Shown one piece after another: positions 56,608 through 64,000 of a stretch of 64,000 bases of DNA. Position numbers and translations under genes: made by a program. The stretch lies in the UHGV virus genome UHGV-1351408. One strand, written 5' to 3'. The notes below the pieces were generated by a model. The model worked only from the letters and a program-made list of their open reading frames with translations, made no database searches and had not been told where the DNA came from. Position 1 is the stretch's first letter, and the number at the start of each line of letters is the position of its first letter. The stretch comes from a virus.

Positions 56608-57156
56608 ATGGAAAAAGATAACTTAAAAGATGTTGAAGGTAACTACCTAGTACTTGACTGGAGTGATATCCGAGAAGCACTCTCCGAAGAAAGCCTTGAC
56701 CTGCTAGAGCAACTTATCTTCTCAGTACGCCATACCAGAGGTATTGTAAATGGTAAAGAACCATTAGAAGGAATCTTTGTAGAGAAGTCTTATCCGTTCT
56801 ATGAAGACACTTTACAGAAAGTTAAAATCTACTTTAGACAGAAGAACCGTAAAGTGGTCACTATGGTATCTCTTGGTGGACAGAGTATGTCTGTGATGGA
56901 AGATATCAACCCTAAGAGACCGAGTAAAGGTGTTTGTATAAAAATCACAGGTCATGAAGAGTATATCTCAGTGGATGACTTTAGCTCATTCTGTAGTGGT
57001 TCTTGTGTCTTTAATGGTTTTCACTATGATATCCGAGTGTACCCAATCAAGGGAGATGATATCATGATGCAGGTATTCGATAATAACAATGGATTTACTC
57101 ATTTTTATCAGACAACCAAGTCATCATTAAAAACAGTTCTTGAAACACTGATTTAA
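56608..57156 (+). CDS. hypothetical protein
   Basis: ORF 56551-57156; start uncertain (56551 or 56608). Confidence 0.45.
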   Translation: MEKDNLKDVEGNYLVLDWSDIREALSEESLDLLEQLIFSVRHTRGIVNGKEPLEGIFVEKSYPFYEDTLQKVKIYFRQKNRKVVTMVSLGGQSMSVMEDINPKRPSKGVCIKITGHEEYISVDDFSSFCSGSCVFNGFHYDIRVYPIKGDDIMMQVFDNNNGFTHFYQTTKSSLKTVLETLI

Positions 57157-57166
57157 AATATCTTAA

Positions 57167-57195
57167 GAGCCTCCTTAATCGGGGGCTTTTTAATT
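57167..57195 (+). terminator. rho-independent terminator ending the plus-strand block
   Basis: AGCCTCC-TTAATC-GGGGGCT followed by TTTTT. Confidence 0.55.
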
Positions 57196-57199
57196 TTTA

Positions 57200-58758
57200 T
57201 AAAATTTTATCGGTTGTCCCAACCTCTGGGTCACCATCATATGTGAATAAGATATCTACCCTTCTTAATAGCCTTCTTAATCTTACTCTCTATATAGTTA
57301 TATAGTACTATACAGTATCTTAGTAACTATCTAGTGGTCTTAATAGCCCTCTGTATAGCCCTTCTAAACACTCTTCTAACAAGCCTTCTTAACAGCCTAT
57401 ACAATCACCTTAACCGTACCTCTACACCCTCTTAGAAGCCCCTATACACCTCTTAATCTCTATGTCAGCTATGATACCCTCTATATGTGTTCACTAGGGA
57501 ATACTAAGCCTCTATATAGACTGTTTTAACAAACTTAACAGGAATATCTTCACAGACCTTATCTCACAAGGTCTAACACGGTACTAACAAGGTATCTTAT
57601 AAGCCTGTTTATGCCTGTATTTTTAAAAGACTGTATAGGTAATTATTCAGAATTTTAAAATTTTTATAAAATAGGACTATCAAGTCATTTTTTAGGGTCT
57701 TTGAAGGAACTGAAAAATATCTGTAGAAGATGTATATCTGCTTGGTAGCCCTTAACATCCCTGTAACATCCCCTTTGCAGAATTTTAAAATATCATTAAC
57801 AATCTCTTAACAGCTATTACATTCTCTTAACATCTCTTCAGAGGTCTTAACAGATTCTTAACAGAACTAACAAGGGTGTAACAAGTTCTTAACAGTCAAT
57901 ACATGGTCTTTATAGTTTCTTAACAGATGACTAACAATAGCTAACAAGTTAATTTTTAAGAGTTATTTTGTAGGGATTGGTAACAATACCAATTAAGATA
58001 ATTAACAAGTTTCTAACAAGTGTTTAATCTTTTTAACAAGCTATTAACATGGTCACTATCTCTTTTCTTATCATTCCCTTTCCCTCTTAGTGATTCTCTA
58101 AATAGCCCTCTTAAAAGCTCTCTATAGCTCCTTGTAAGCTCTTTTAAGCCTCTTCCTAGTAGTTACACCCCAACTGTACAGACACCTTTTTATAGGGCTT
58201 TACAGGGGCTTTAAAGGCTATGTCAAAGGTTCTTACAAGGCTTTTACGTGGTCTTAACAGAGATTTAACAAGGGGCTAACAAGTTGCTAACAAGTGCCTT
58301 AAAAGCATAACTATGTAGGGATTGTTAAGAAATTGTTAAGAAAATGTTAAGGGGGCTAGCATTTACGTAACTTTTAAGCTATCTATCACGTAACTTTGAA
58401 GTAACTTTATAGCCCCTATAACATACTTTTTAGTGACTATCAAGGGGATTGTTTAGTTATTCACAAGATACTAACGAGATAATAAAGCTCACACCCTTAT
58501 AAGATTCTTTTAAGCCTCTATAAAGCCCTGTAAAGAGCTTTTAAGGGTGAGTTAATGCAATCCCTTAAGTTAGATTGATAAGGCTGTTATAGCGCTTTAT
58601 AGAGCGTTTAAGTGGGCCATCCCCTTTCTGGGGTTATTGGCTTATATTTAAGTTGATTTGATAAAAGGCTATAGAGTAGACTATAGAGTTATTGCTTTTA
58701 AGGTCTGATAAGATTCTGAAAAGGTGAGGAAAGGGATTGTATAAGGATTGGATAGACG
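57200..58758. repeat. 1.6-kb non-coding iteron-rich region (more than 25 TAACA(A/G)G copies, both orientations) with an AT-rich tract
   Basis: Dense runs at 57790-57960, 58010-58050, 58250-58300, inverted copies TTGTTAAG at 58320-58350; AT-rich 57290-57340; no ORF of 60 aa or more. Confidence 0.6.
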
Positions 58759-58782
58759 TAAAAAAGCCCCTGTGAGGGGCTG
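58759..58782 (-). terminator. rho-independent terminator ending the 58.8-64 kb minus-strand block
   Basis: AGCCCC-TGTGA-GGGGCT with T-run on minus strand; second hairpin GGGGCT-ATTT-AGCCCC at 58796-58811. Confidence 0.55.
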
Positions 58783-58821
58783 TATAAAGGTATCTGGGGC
58801 TATTTAGCCCCGTTGCGTCGA

Positions 58822-59070
58822 TTAGTTGTAACCTTGTTTATTGTAGTACAGTGAGACAATCAAGTCACCCCAGTAATGATAGTGATGCTCATCGTTTAAT
58901 GCCTCTTTTACAGCGTCTTTCCAGAAGTCATCAGTAGGGTTATAATCTGGGATAACTTGCTTGATAACTGTCTTCACTAATGAAAAGCATTCATCAGTTC
59001 CACCGATATCAAATTTAACGTCCAGAGTATAACAGCCATAAGCATTGACAGTTGCGCGGATAGTTGCCAT
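58822..59070 (-). CDS. hypothetical small protein
   Basis: 82 aa; preceded by type-A cassette. Confidence 0.5.
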   Translation of the reverse strand: MATIRATVNAYGCYTLDVKFDIGGTDECFSLVKTVIKQVIPDYNPTDDFWKDAVKEALNDEHHYHYWGDLIVSLYYNKQGYN

Positions 59071-59139
59071 TTTCAGAATCTCCTAGTTTAAGGACTTTAT
59101 TTAGTGGGGAAGGTCATTCCCTCCCCGTTGATTAGTAAT
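59071..59139 (-). promoter_or_regulatory. type-A intergenic cassette (8-bp hairpin GGGGAGGG/CCTTCCCC + CACTAAATAAAG + SD)
   Basis: Minus-strand read ...CAACGGGGAGGGAATGACCTTCCCCACTAAATAAAGTCCTTAAACTAGGAGATTC...ATG. Confidence 0.5.
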
Positions 59140-59403
59140 TTACTGCATGTTGGCGTATGTTGCAAGCCTTTTTTCGTTGTATTTTGTCAGAATCTCACAA
59201 GATAAAACATCATATTTTGTAACCGCTTTGCCTTTGTCGAGGTCAAAGAATCCGAACGCTTTACCGTCTTTGAATCCGACAACTTCGTAAGATTCTTTAA
59301 CGATTTCACCATTGAACAAATCGCTTTCGATGCGGTGAAACAGTGCTACGTCTTCTTTGTCAGTTGCAATTTGTAAAAGTGTGGTCAGCTCGACGTGTTC
59401 CAT
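59140..59403 (-). CDS. hypothetical small protein
   Basis: 87 aa; type-A cassette upstream. Confidence 0.5.
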   Translation of the reverse strand: MEHVELTTLLQIATDKEDVALFHRIESDLFNGEIVKESYEVVGFKDGKAFGFFDLDKGKAVTKYDVLSCEILTKYNEKRLATYANMQ

Positions 59404-59468
59404 TTCGAATCTCCAGTTTAGGATTTTATTTAGTGGGGAAGGTCATTCCCTCCCCGTTGATTGACAAT
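59404..59468 (-). promoter_or_regulatory. type-A intergenic cassette
   Basis: Near-identical to 59071-59139. Confidence 0.5.
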
Positions 59469-59999
59469 TTACAGATTTTTGATTGTCTCGTCAATGTCTT
59501 TTTCAATATCTTTTAAAGTTTTTTCTAAGTTCTTGATATTGAACGTTAAACCTTCTCCCAGTGTCTTAGAGTAACCGCTAGGACGTAAATCATAAAGCTC
59601 GATTTCTTCCACTAGAGAAAGGTTAACAGCCCAGCCACCTATGCCGTAGGCCATTGAAACGGTATTTACAGGGGCTTTATAGAACTTGTTCAAGGACTTG
59701 ATAGAACGTTCATAAGCCATTTTATAACCATTTAAAAGGTTTTTAACGTGGTTGTGAACGTTTTTACAATCATCTAAGTAAAGACCTAAAAACATCGGGA
59801 GAAGTTCCGCGACAGCTTGCATAAAGTGAGAGACTACAACGGTGGAAACATTGCGACGATGGACGTAATAAGCCCCGTTTTCTGATTTGGTAATGGTTGC
59901 AAAGTGTACACCATTGCAACGAAATTCATAGGTATCTTTAACAGGCTTTGACATTACAGCATTTGAACGAATGAAGTTGATAGCTTGAAATTTGTTCAT
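59469..59999 (-). CDS. hypothetical protein
   Basis: 176 aa; type-A cassette upstream. Confidence 0.5.
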   Translation of the reverse strand: MNKFQAINFIRSNAVMSKPVKDTYEFRCNGVHFATITKSENGAYYVHRRNVSTVVVSHFMQAVAELLPMFLGLYLDDCKNVHNHVKNLLNGYKMAYERSIKSLNKFYKAPVNTVSMAYGIGGWAVNLSLVEEIELYDLRPSGYSKTLGEGLTFNIKNLEKTLKDIEKDIDETIKNL

Positions 60000-60075
60000 T
60001 TTAGAATCTCCAGTTTAGGACTTTATTTAGTGGGGAGGTTATTGCCTTCCCGTTGATTAGTAATTTACTTGTTTT
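60000..60075 (-). promoter_or_regulatory. type-A intergenic cassette (variant hairpin)
   Basis: GGGGAGGTTATTGCCTTCCC variant; followed by 145 bp extra spacer containing a TTGTCAAG motif at 60147-60167. Confidence 0.45.
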
Positions 60076-60219
60076 GATAGCTGATTGCAAGCAATTTTTT
60101 AAGTTTATCTATAAAGAATCTTTTAAGTGAATCCCTTTTAGATAAACCCCCTCGAACAAATGTACTATTGTCAAGGGGTATCGTCAAGTAATTTTTTAAA
60201 GTTTTTTATAAGTTATTGA

Positions 60220-60561
60220 TTAACTGATGAATATTTTTTCAGGCTTTACATAGCTGATACGCTGACTTTTTAGCAGGTCATCCCAGATTAGCGCGGCAAT
60301 ATGAGAATAGCCGGATTCACGTAAAAGTTTCATTGTTTTACTTCTCGTCTCAAAGCGGCTTGCGTAGTATTCACTGTTCAAGGTTGTTTTATTCCCTTCG
60401 TTGTCTGTATGGATGATTTGCATCACTTGAAAGGGGCTTACATCCTCACCTTTGTTCCACTGCTCAAAGTATTTTAGGCACTGCATAGGTGATATCTTAT
60501 CACTTACTTGAGTTGACCAAGATGAACCCTCTTTATCAGTAATTACAGTTACATAAGCCAT
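60220..60561 (-). CDS. hypothetical protein
   Basis: 113 aa; type-A cassette upstream. Confidence 0.5.
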   Translation of the reverse strand: MAYVTVITDKEGSSWSTQVSDKISPMQCLKYFEQWNKGEDVSPFQVMQIIHTDNEGNKTTLNSEYYASRFETRSKTMKLLRESGYSHIAALIWDDLLKSQRISYVKPEKIFIS

Positions 60562-60650
60562 TTTAGAATCTCCAGTTTAGGACTTTATTTAGTGGGGAAG
60601 GTCATTCCCTCCCCGTTGATTGACAATTTACAGATTTTTATCAGGCTTGT
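60562..60650 (-). promoter_or_regulatory. type-A intergenic cassette
   Basis: Identical core to 59404-59468. Confidence 0.5.
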
Positions 60651-60884
60651 CTAGTCTTTTTCAATGATAATTTCATACTGACCATCTACGCTGTCAAAAT
60701 AGACACCATCTTCATCTTCTGTCTTAAAGTAGCATTGAATATCATCACTGGCGGGATAGTCTTGTCTTGCTATCTGGCAAACTTGAATAGCATTTTCTTT
60801 ACTCCCTGTAAACTCCTCAAGCCCTTTAAAATCACATGAATGACCATTACAAATAGAAAGGATAAGATAAACGGTTGTAAGCAT
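60651..60884 (-). CDS. hypothetical small protein
   Basis: 77 aa; no conserved cassette upstream, only a GGCCC-TGTAT-GGGCC hairpin. Confidence 0.45.
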   Translation of the reverse strand: MLTTVYLILSICNGHSCDFKGLEEFTGSKENAIQVCQIARQDYPASDDIQCYFKTEDEDGVYFDSVDGQYEIIIEKD

Positions 60885-60947
60885 GATTTAAGCCCTTTAA
60901 ATGGCCCTGTATGGGCCTTAAGTTGGAAGTTGGTGTCTTTGTACTGA

Positions 60948-61511
60948 TTAACCTAAAAAGTCTTTTAAATTGCGCTCTGTGATGTTTGCCGTGATTTTAT
61001 CCAACAAGTCACAAAACACGGAACTATCACCGCTATTCTGTACAATTTTCGCCATACTTAACAAATCATCGTCAACATAGCCTAAATTGCGGTTAGTTGC
61101 ATCTGGTACAAAGAAAGGTGCATACATCGCACTAAATTTCGTCGAGTGAAGGCCAATAATCCAACCTTTATCAAAGTGTCCGGTAAAGCTGGCGATATCA
61201 CTCATGTTGTCACAAGAATAATCATCCTCTAGCTCTTCCTCTGGGATATCCATCTCAATGACAATTACGTCCTGCGTTTCCATTTGGAAAGCTGCCGTAA
61301 TAAGCCCAGATTCTAAAGCGTTTTGAATGCAGCGTTCACGAATGTAAGAATCTTCCTCATCTTCCAGACATTCCGTTTTGATAATCTTGTTCATTGGGTA
61401 AACGTAGAAACAATCATCCATGTATGAGCAGTTCCAGATTCCTTCCGGCTTGTCGCCACCATTCAGCAGGTTTACAAAGTTTTTGATGGTAGTTCCGTGA
61501 TAGCATTTCAT
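60948..61511 (-). CDS. hypothetical acidic protein
   Basis: 187 aa; type-B cassette upstream. Confidence 0.5.
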   Translation of the reverse strand: MKCYHGTTIKNFVNLLNGGDKPEGIWNCSYMDDCFYVYPMNKIIKTECLEDEEDSYIRERCIQNALESGLITAAFQMETQDVIVIEMDIPEEELEDDYSCDNMSDIASFTGHFDKGWIIGLHSTKFSAMYAPFFVPDATNRNLGYVDDDLLSMAKIVQNSGDSSVFCDLLDKITANITERNLKDFLG

Positions 61512-61596
61512 TTTTGAATCTCCAGTTTAGGATTTAGTGGTAAAGCTCTTTATCTGGGGCTTACTTTATCGAACTATAAGCCCCTTGTAAAGTACT
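61512..61596 (-). promoter_or_regulatory. type-B intergenic cassette (hairpin GGGGCTTA..TAAGCCCC flanked by AAAGTACTTTAC / AAAGAGCTTTAC direct repeats + SD)
   Basis: Minus-strand read ATAAAGTACTTTACAAGGGGCTTATAGTTCGATAAAGTAAGCCCCAGATAAAGAGCTTTACCACTAAATCCTAAACTGGAGATTC...ATG. Confidence 0.5.
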
Positions 61597-61845
61597 TTAT
61601 TTAACTTTTTTTGAGAAAATTAGTTTAACTGCAACTGTAGGAATCTCGTCAGCGGTTGTAACCAGCATTACTTTTTGAGTGACCAACTTATAACCGTTCT
61701 TTGCAGCGTATGCGGTAAAACGGTTGACATTGTAACTATAAGTTTTTGGTGTGTTGTCTGGCATGTGGTAAAGAAAAGGTTTACCCAAGTTTTCTTCTTG
61801 TGTCAATAGTCGGCAGGTATCAGGGACATTGAAATAGTTCATCAT
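61597..61845 (-). CDS. hypothetical small protein
   Basis: 82 aa; type-B cassette upstream. Confidence 0.5.
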   Translation of the reverse strand: MMNYFNVPDTCRLLTQEENLGKPFLYHMPDNTPKTYSYNVNRFTAYAAKNGYKLVTQKVMLVTTADEIPTVAVKLIFSKKVK

Positions 61846-61937
61846 TTTTTAATCTCCTAGTTTAAGGACTGTGTAAAGCTCTTTATCTGGGGCTTAAGAT
61901 ACCAACTTTTTAAGCCCCTTGTAAAGTACTTTATTAC
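61846..61937 (-). promoter_or_regulatory. type-B intergenic cassette
   Basis: Hairpin GGGGCTTAAGATACCAACTTTTTAAGCCCC. Confidence 0.5.
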
Positions 61938-62135
61938 TTAATTTTTGACAACTTTTAAAACTGCAAGATAACCTAAGCAATAAGAATCACCGAAGAGAGT
62001 TCTACCCATGAAAGAATCCTCTTTGATATCCTTTGCAGTGACAGTTTTTTCTACGCCGTGGGAAAGGACTACATCACCAACTTTGATATCTTTGATGTGT
62101 GTTGTTTCAATGGTTAAGCCGTTAATAATAGCCAT
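61938..62135 (-). CDS. hypothetical small protein
   Basis: 65 aa; type-A cassette upstream. Confidence 0.45.
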   Translation of the reverse strand: MAIINGLTIETTHIKDIKVGDVVLSHGVEKTVTAKDIKEDSFMGRTLFGDSYCLGYLAVLKVVKN

Positions 62136-62210
62136 TTTAGAATCTCCTAGTTTAAGGACTTTATTTAGTAGGGAGGTTATTGCCTCCCCGTTGATGAGTA
62201 ATTTAATCTA
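62136..62210 (-). promoter_or_regulatory. type-A intergenic cassette (variant)
   Basis: GTAGGGAGGTTATTGCCTCCCC variant hairpin. Confidence 0.45.
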
Positions 62211-62235
62211 TCTAAAAATCAGTGTCAACATCTTT

Positions 62236-62640
62236 TTAAAGTTCTGCGTAGATTGCATCACAGACATCACGGAAATCATGATTTGTTAAGTTACGTTGTA
62301 ACCAAGTGGCAAAGAAATCAGCGATTGCAAAATTAGCGTCATACTCGACGGATAGCCACACTTTAACAGCAAATCGGAACATCTTTAAATCAAGCTCTTT
62401 ATTCATTACCTTTGATTTGCCTAACATGTCGGCCATCTCATGTTGTGCACCGTCTAGCGTGATACCGGCTGCAACGTCAGCCAATGAGTTTTTTACGCTT
62501 TCAACGTCTAAGATAATACTTTGAATCTTCCCAATAATGTTTTGCAGTGTTTCATCTGGTGCTGATGATGTGATAACATTAATCCGGTTGACGGTCAAAC
62601 GTGCTTTTAAGATAGATAACTCACGATTATTAATAGCCAT
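62236..62640 (-). CDS. hypothetical protein
   Basis: 134 aa; type-B cassette upstream. Confidence 0.5.
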   Translation of the reverse strand: MAINNRELSILKARLTVNRINVITSSAPDETLQNIIGKIQSIILDVESVKNSLADVAAGITLDGAQHEMADMLGKSKVMNKELDLKMFRFAVKVWLSVEYDANFAIADFFATWLQRNLTNHDFRDVCDAIYAEL

Positions 62641-62725
62641 TTTTGAATCTCCAATTTAGGATTTAGTGGTAAAGCTCTTTATCTGGGGCTTACTTTATCG
62701 AACTATAAGCCCCTTGTAAAGTACT
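62641..62725 (-). promoter_or_regulatory. type-B intergenic cassette
   Basis: Same hairpin as 61512-61596. Confidence 0.5.
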
Positions 62726-62998
62726 TTATGCTAAATGCAGCTTTTTGCCTTTTACTATGATGTAACTTGATGCGCTATTGCCGCATACATCTTGATAAAT
62801 TCTACGCAAACGGCCTTCGTAGTATACTTTCCAGCTAGTTGGAATCTTTTTCCCGTATCCGGTAGCAGTTTTTTGGAATCCTGCAAGTTGCCAATCCAAA
62901 ATGTGCTGTTCAGCTTGTAAATCCTCGAAGTGCATTACACCGTTTACATAGTGGCGTAGGGTTACGTTTAAGGTGCGACCGTTGTTAGTAGTGTACAT
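62726..62998 (-). CDS. hypothetical small protein
   Basis: 90 aa; type-A cassette upstream. Confidence 0.5.
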   Translation of the reverse strand: MYTTNNGRTLNVTLRHYVNGVMHFEDLQAEQHILDWQLAGFQKTATGYGKKIPTSWKVYYEGRLRRIYQDVCGNSASSYIIVKGKKLHLA

Positions 62999-63075
62999 TT
63001 TTGAATCTCCTAGTTTAAGGACTTTACTTAGTGGGGAAGGTCATTCCCTCCCCGTTGATTAGTAATTTACTTGTT
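62999..63075 (-). promoter_or_regulatory. type-A intergenic cassette
   Basis: GGGGAAGGTCATTCCCTCCCC hairpin. Confidence 0.5.
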
Positions 63076-63088
63076 TTTAAAACTAAAA

Positions 63089-63421
63089 TCAAGAGAAATT
63101 TTTTCGTTTGTTCAGTTCTTGGACAATTACAGTGTAATAGTCTTTTAAGTCACTGATATTTAAAGCATTTATCAGAGAGTTATAATCATCGACAAGCTGA
63201 AAATTATCTTTGAAAATGTCGCTGATTTGATAAGTTTTTGATTGAAATCTGAAGCTCATTTCTAACCGTTTTATTTGTTCATCACTTAAACGCTCCAGAA
63301 AGCTCATTACAAGGCTATTATTAACCTGTTGCGTGATTGCCTTACTTGCCAAATTATATGCGCTATAAGCCTTGTACAGTGCTATAATGGCAATGATTGC
63401 AGTGATACCCATCATTAACAT
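63089..63421 (-). CDS. hypothetical membrane protein
   Basis: 110 aa; N-terminal TM segment MLMMGITAIIAIIALY; overlaps upstream gene by 7 nt. Confidence 0.5.
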   Translation of the reverse strand: MLMMGITAIIAIIALYKAYSAYNLASKAITQQVNNSLVMSFLERLSDEQIKRLEMSFRFQSKTYQISDIFKDNFQLVDDYNSLINALNISDLKDYYTVIVQELNKRKNFS

Positions 63422-63711
63422 GGTGCTTCCTCTTTACGTGATACTTTGCCATTTAAAGTTATCTCATAAGACTCTAGTAAATCACTTTCAGACTTAACAG
63501 GACTTTTACAAGTATCATCATAAACATTAATTTGCAATACAGGCTTTTTATACTCCCTGCAACTATTCCATAAGCAAATCACTACACGACGGCCTTTTAT
63601 TTTGCCGTGTAACCATTCCATAACCTCATGAGTATTTCTTGAGGTCTCGATAAAATCGATTTTGTTGAGTAACTTGCTTAGATTTTCCCTAACTTTATTT
63701 GATAATTTCAT
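63415..63711 (-). CDS. hypothetical protein
   Basis: 98 aa; type-B cassette upstream. Confidence 0.5.
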   Translation of the reverse strand: MKLSNKVRENLSKLLNKIDFIETSRNTHEVMEWLHGKIKGRRVVICLWNSCREYKKPVLQINVYDDTCKSPVKSESDLLESYEITLNGKVSRKEEAPC

Positions 63712-63799
63712 TTTTGAATCTCCAGTTTAGGATTTAGTGGTAAAGCTCTTTATCTGGGGCTTAAGATATCAGCTTTTAAGCCCCTTGTAAAGTACTTTA
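63712..63799 (-). promoter_or_regulatory. type-B intergenic cassette
   Basis: Hairpin GGGGCTTAAGATATCAGCTTTTAAGCCCC. Confidence 0.5.
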
Positions 63800-64000
63800 T
63801 CAGATTAAATTGCCAGTTAATGATAAGTGCATTTTATAGCCTTTTTTGGTAAAAACGTTCACTTTACCCAGTGTTTTTACACCTTTAAAAAGGTTGTTTG
63901 AACTGCGTTTTAAAGTTAACTGCTTATCAACCTTCACGCCCCACCTTACAGCAGATTGTTTCCCGTTGTCAATCACTTTCCCGCATAACTTTTTAGCCAT
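63800..64000 (-). CDS. hypothetical small basic protein
   Basis: 66 aa; start codon at the last three bases of the window, so upstream region unseen. Confidence 0.45.
   Translation of the reverse strand: MAKKLCGKVIDNGKQSAVRWGVKVDKQLTLKRSSNNLFKGVKTLGKVNVFTKKGYKMHLSLTGNLI

Noticed and set aside
59071-59139. Type-A and type-B hairpins as intrinsic terminators for the minus-strand genes
   Set aside because: On the coding (minus) strand the hairpins are followed by ACTAAATAAAG or AGATAAAGAGC, not a U-tract; a U-rich run follows them only on the antisense strand.
58822-64000. Repeated 65-90 bp cassettes as a possible CRISPR array
   Set aside because: The intervening segments are 200-560 bp coding ORFs of variable length with RBS and start codons, and the repeats come in two types; not a repeat-spacer array.

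Overview
This 64-kb window looks like part of a lytic tailed dsDNA phage genome (about 40% GC by eye; no integrase or repressor recognised). All calls come from manual reading of the sequence and the supplied ORF track; no searches were run, so product names rest on motifs and gene order. Layout: (1) 1-6.4 kb, minus-strand replication genes (FEN-type exonuclease running off the window start, primase-helicase, dNMP kinase). (2) 6.7-17.3 kb, plus-strand genes: family-A DNA polymerase, ATP-dependent DNA ligase, dihydrofolate reductase, thymidylate synthase, many small ORFs, and two composite GT-rich repeat regions flanking a two-gene cassette. (3) 17.3-41 kb, minus-strand structural operon: two HxH-repeat tail fibers, baseplate genes, tape measure, tail chaperones with an in-phase -1 frameshift site, tube, sheath, major capsid, decoration protein, S49 protease-scaffold, portal, large terminase. 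(4) 41.3-46.7 kb, minus-strand array of about 26 tRNA genes, interrupted by three CDS and by non-tRNA spacers carrying a conserved 20-nt box. (5) 46.9-48.3 kb, a vWA/MIDAS-domain protein next to the tRNA array. (6) 49-57 kb, plus-strand small genes including a GH24 endolysin and an Ig-like repeat protein. (7) 57.2-58.8 kb, a 1.6-kb non-coding region packed with TAACA(A/G)G iterons. (8) 58.8-64 kb, thirteen small minus-strand genes, ten of them preceded by one of two conserved hairpin-plus-RBS cassettes. The candidates for something undescribed are the spacer elements with the vWA gene, the iteron region, the composite repeats and the promoter-like cassettes; none can be confirmed from sequence alone. 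tRNA ends are approximate to 1-2 nt.
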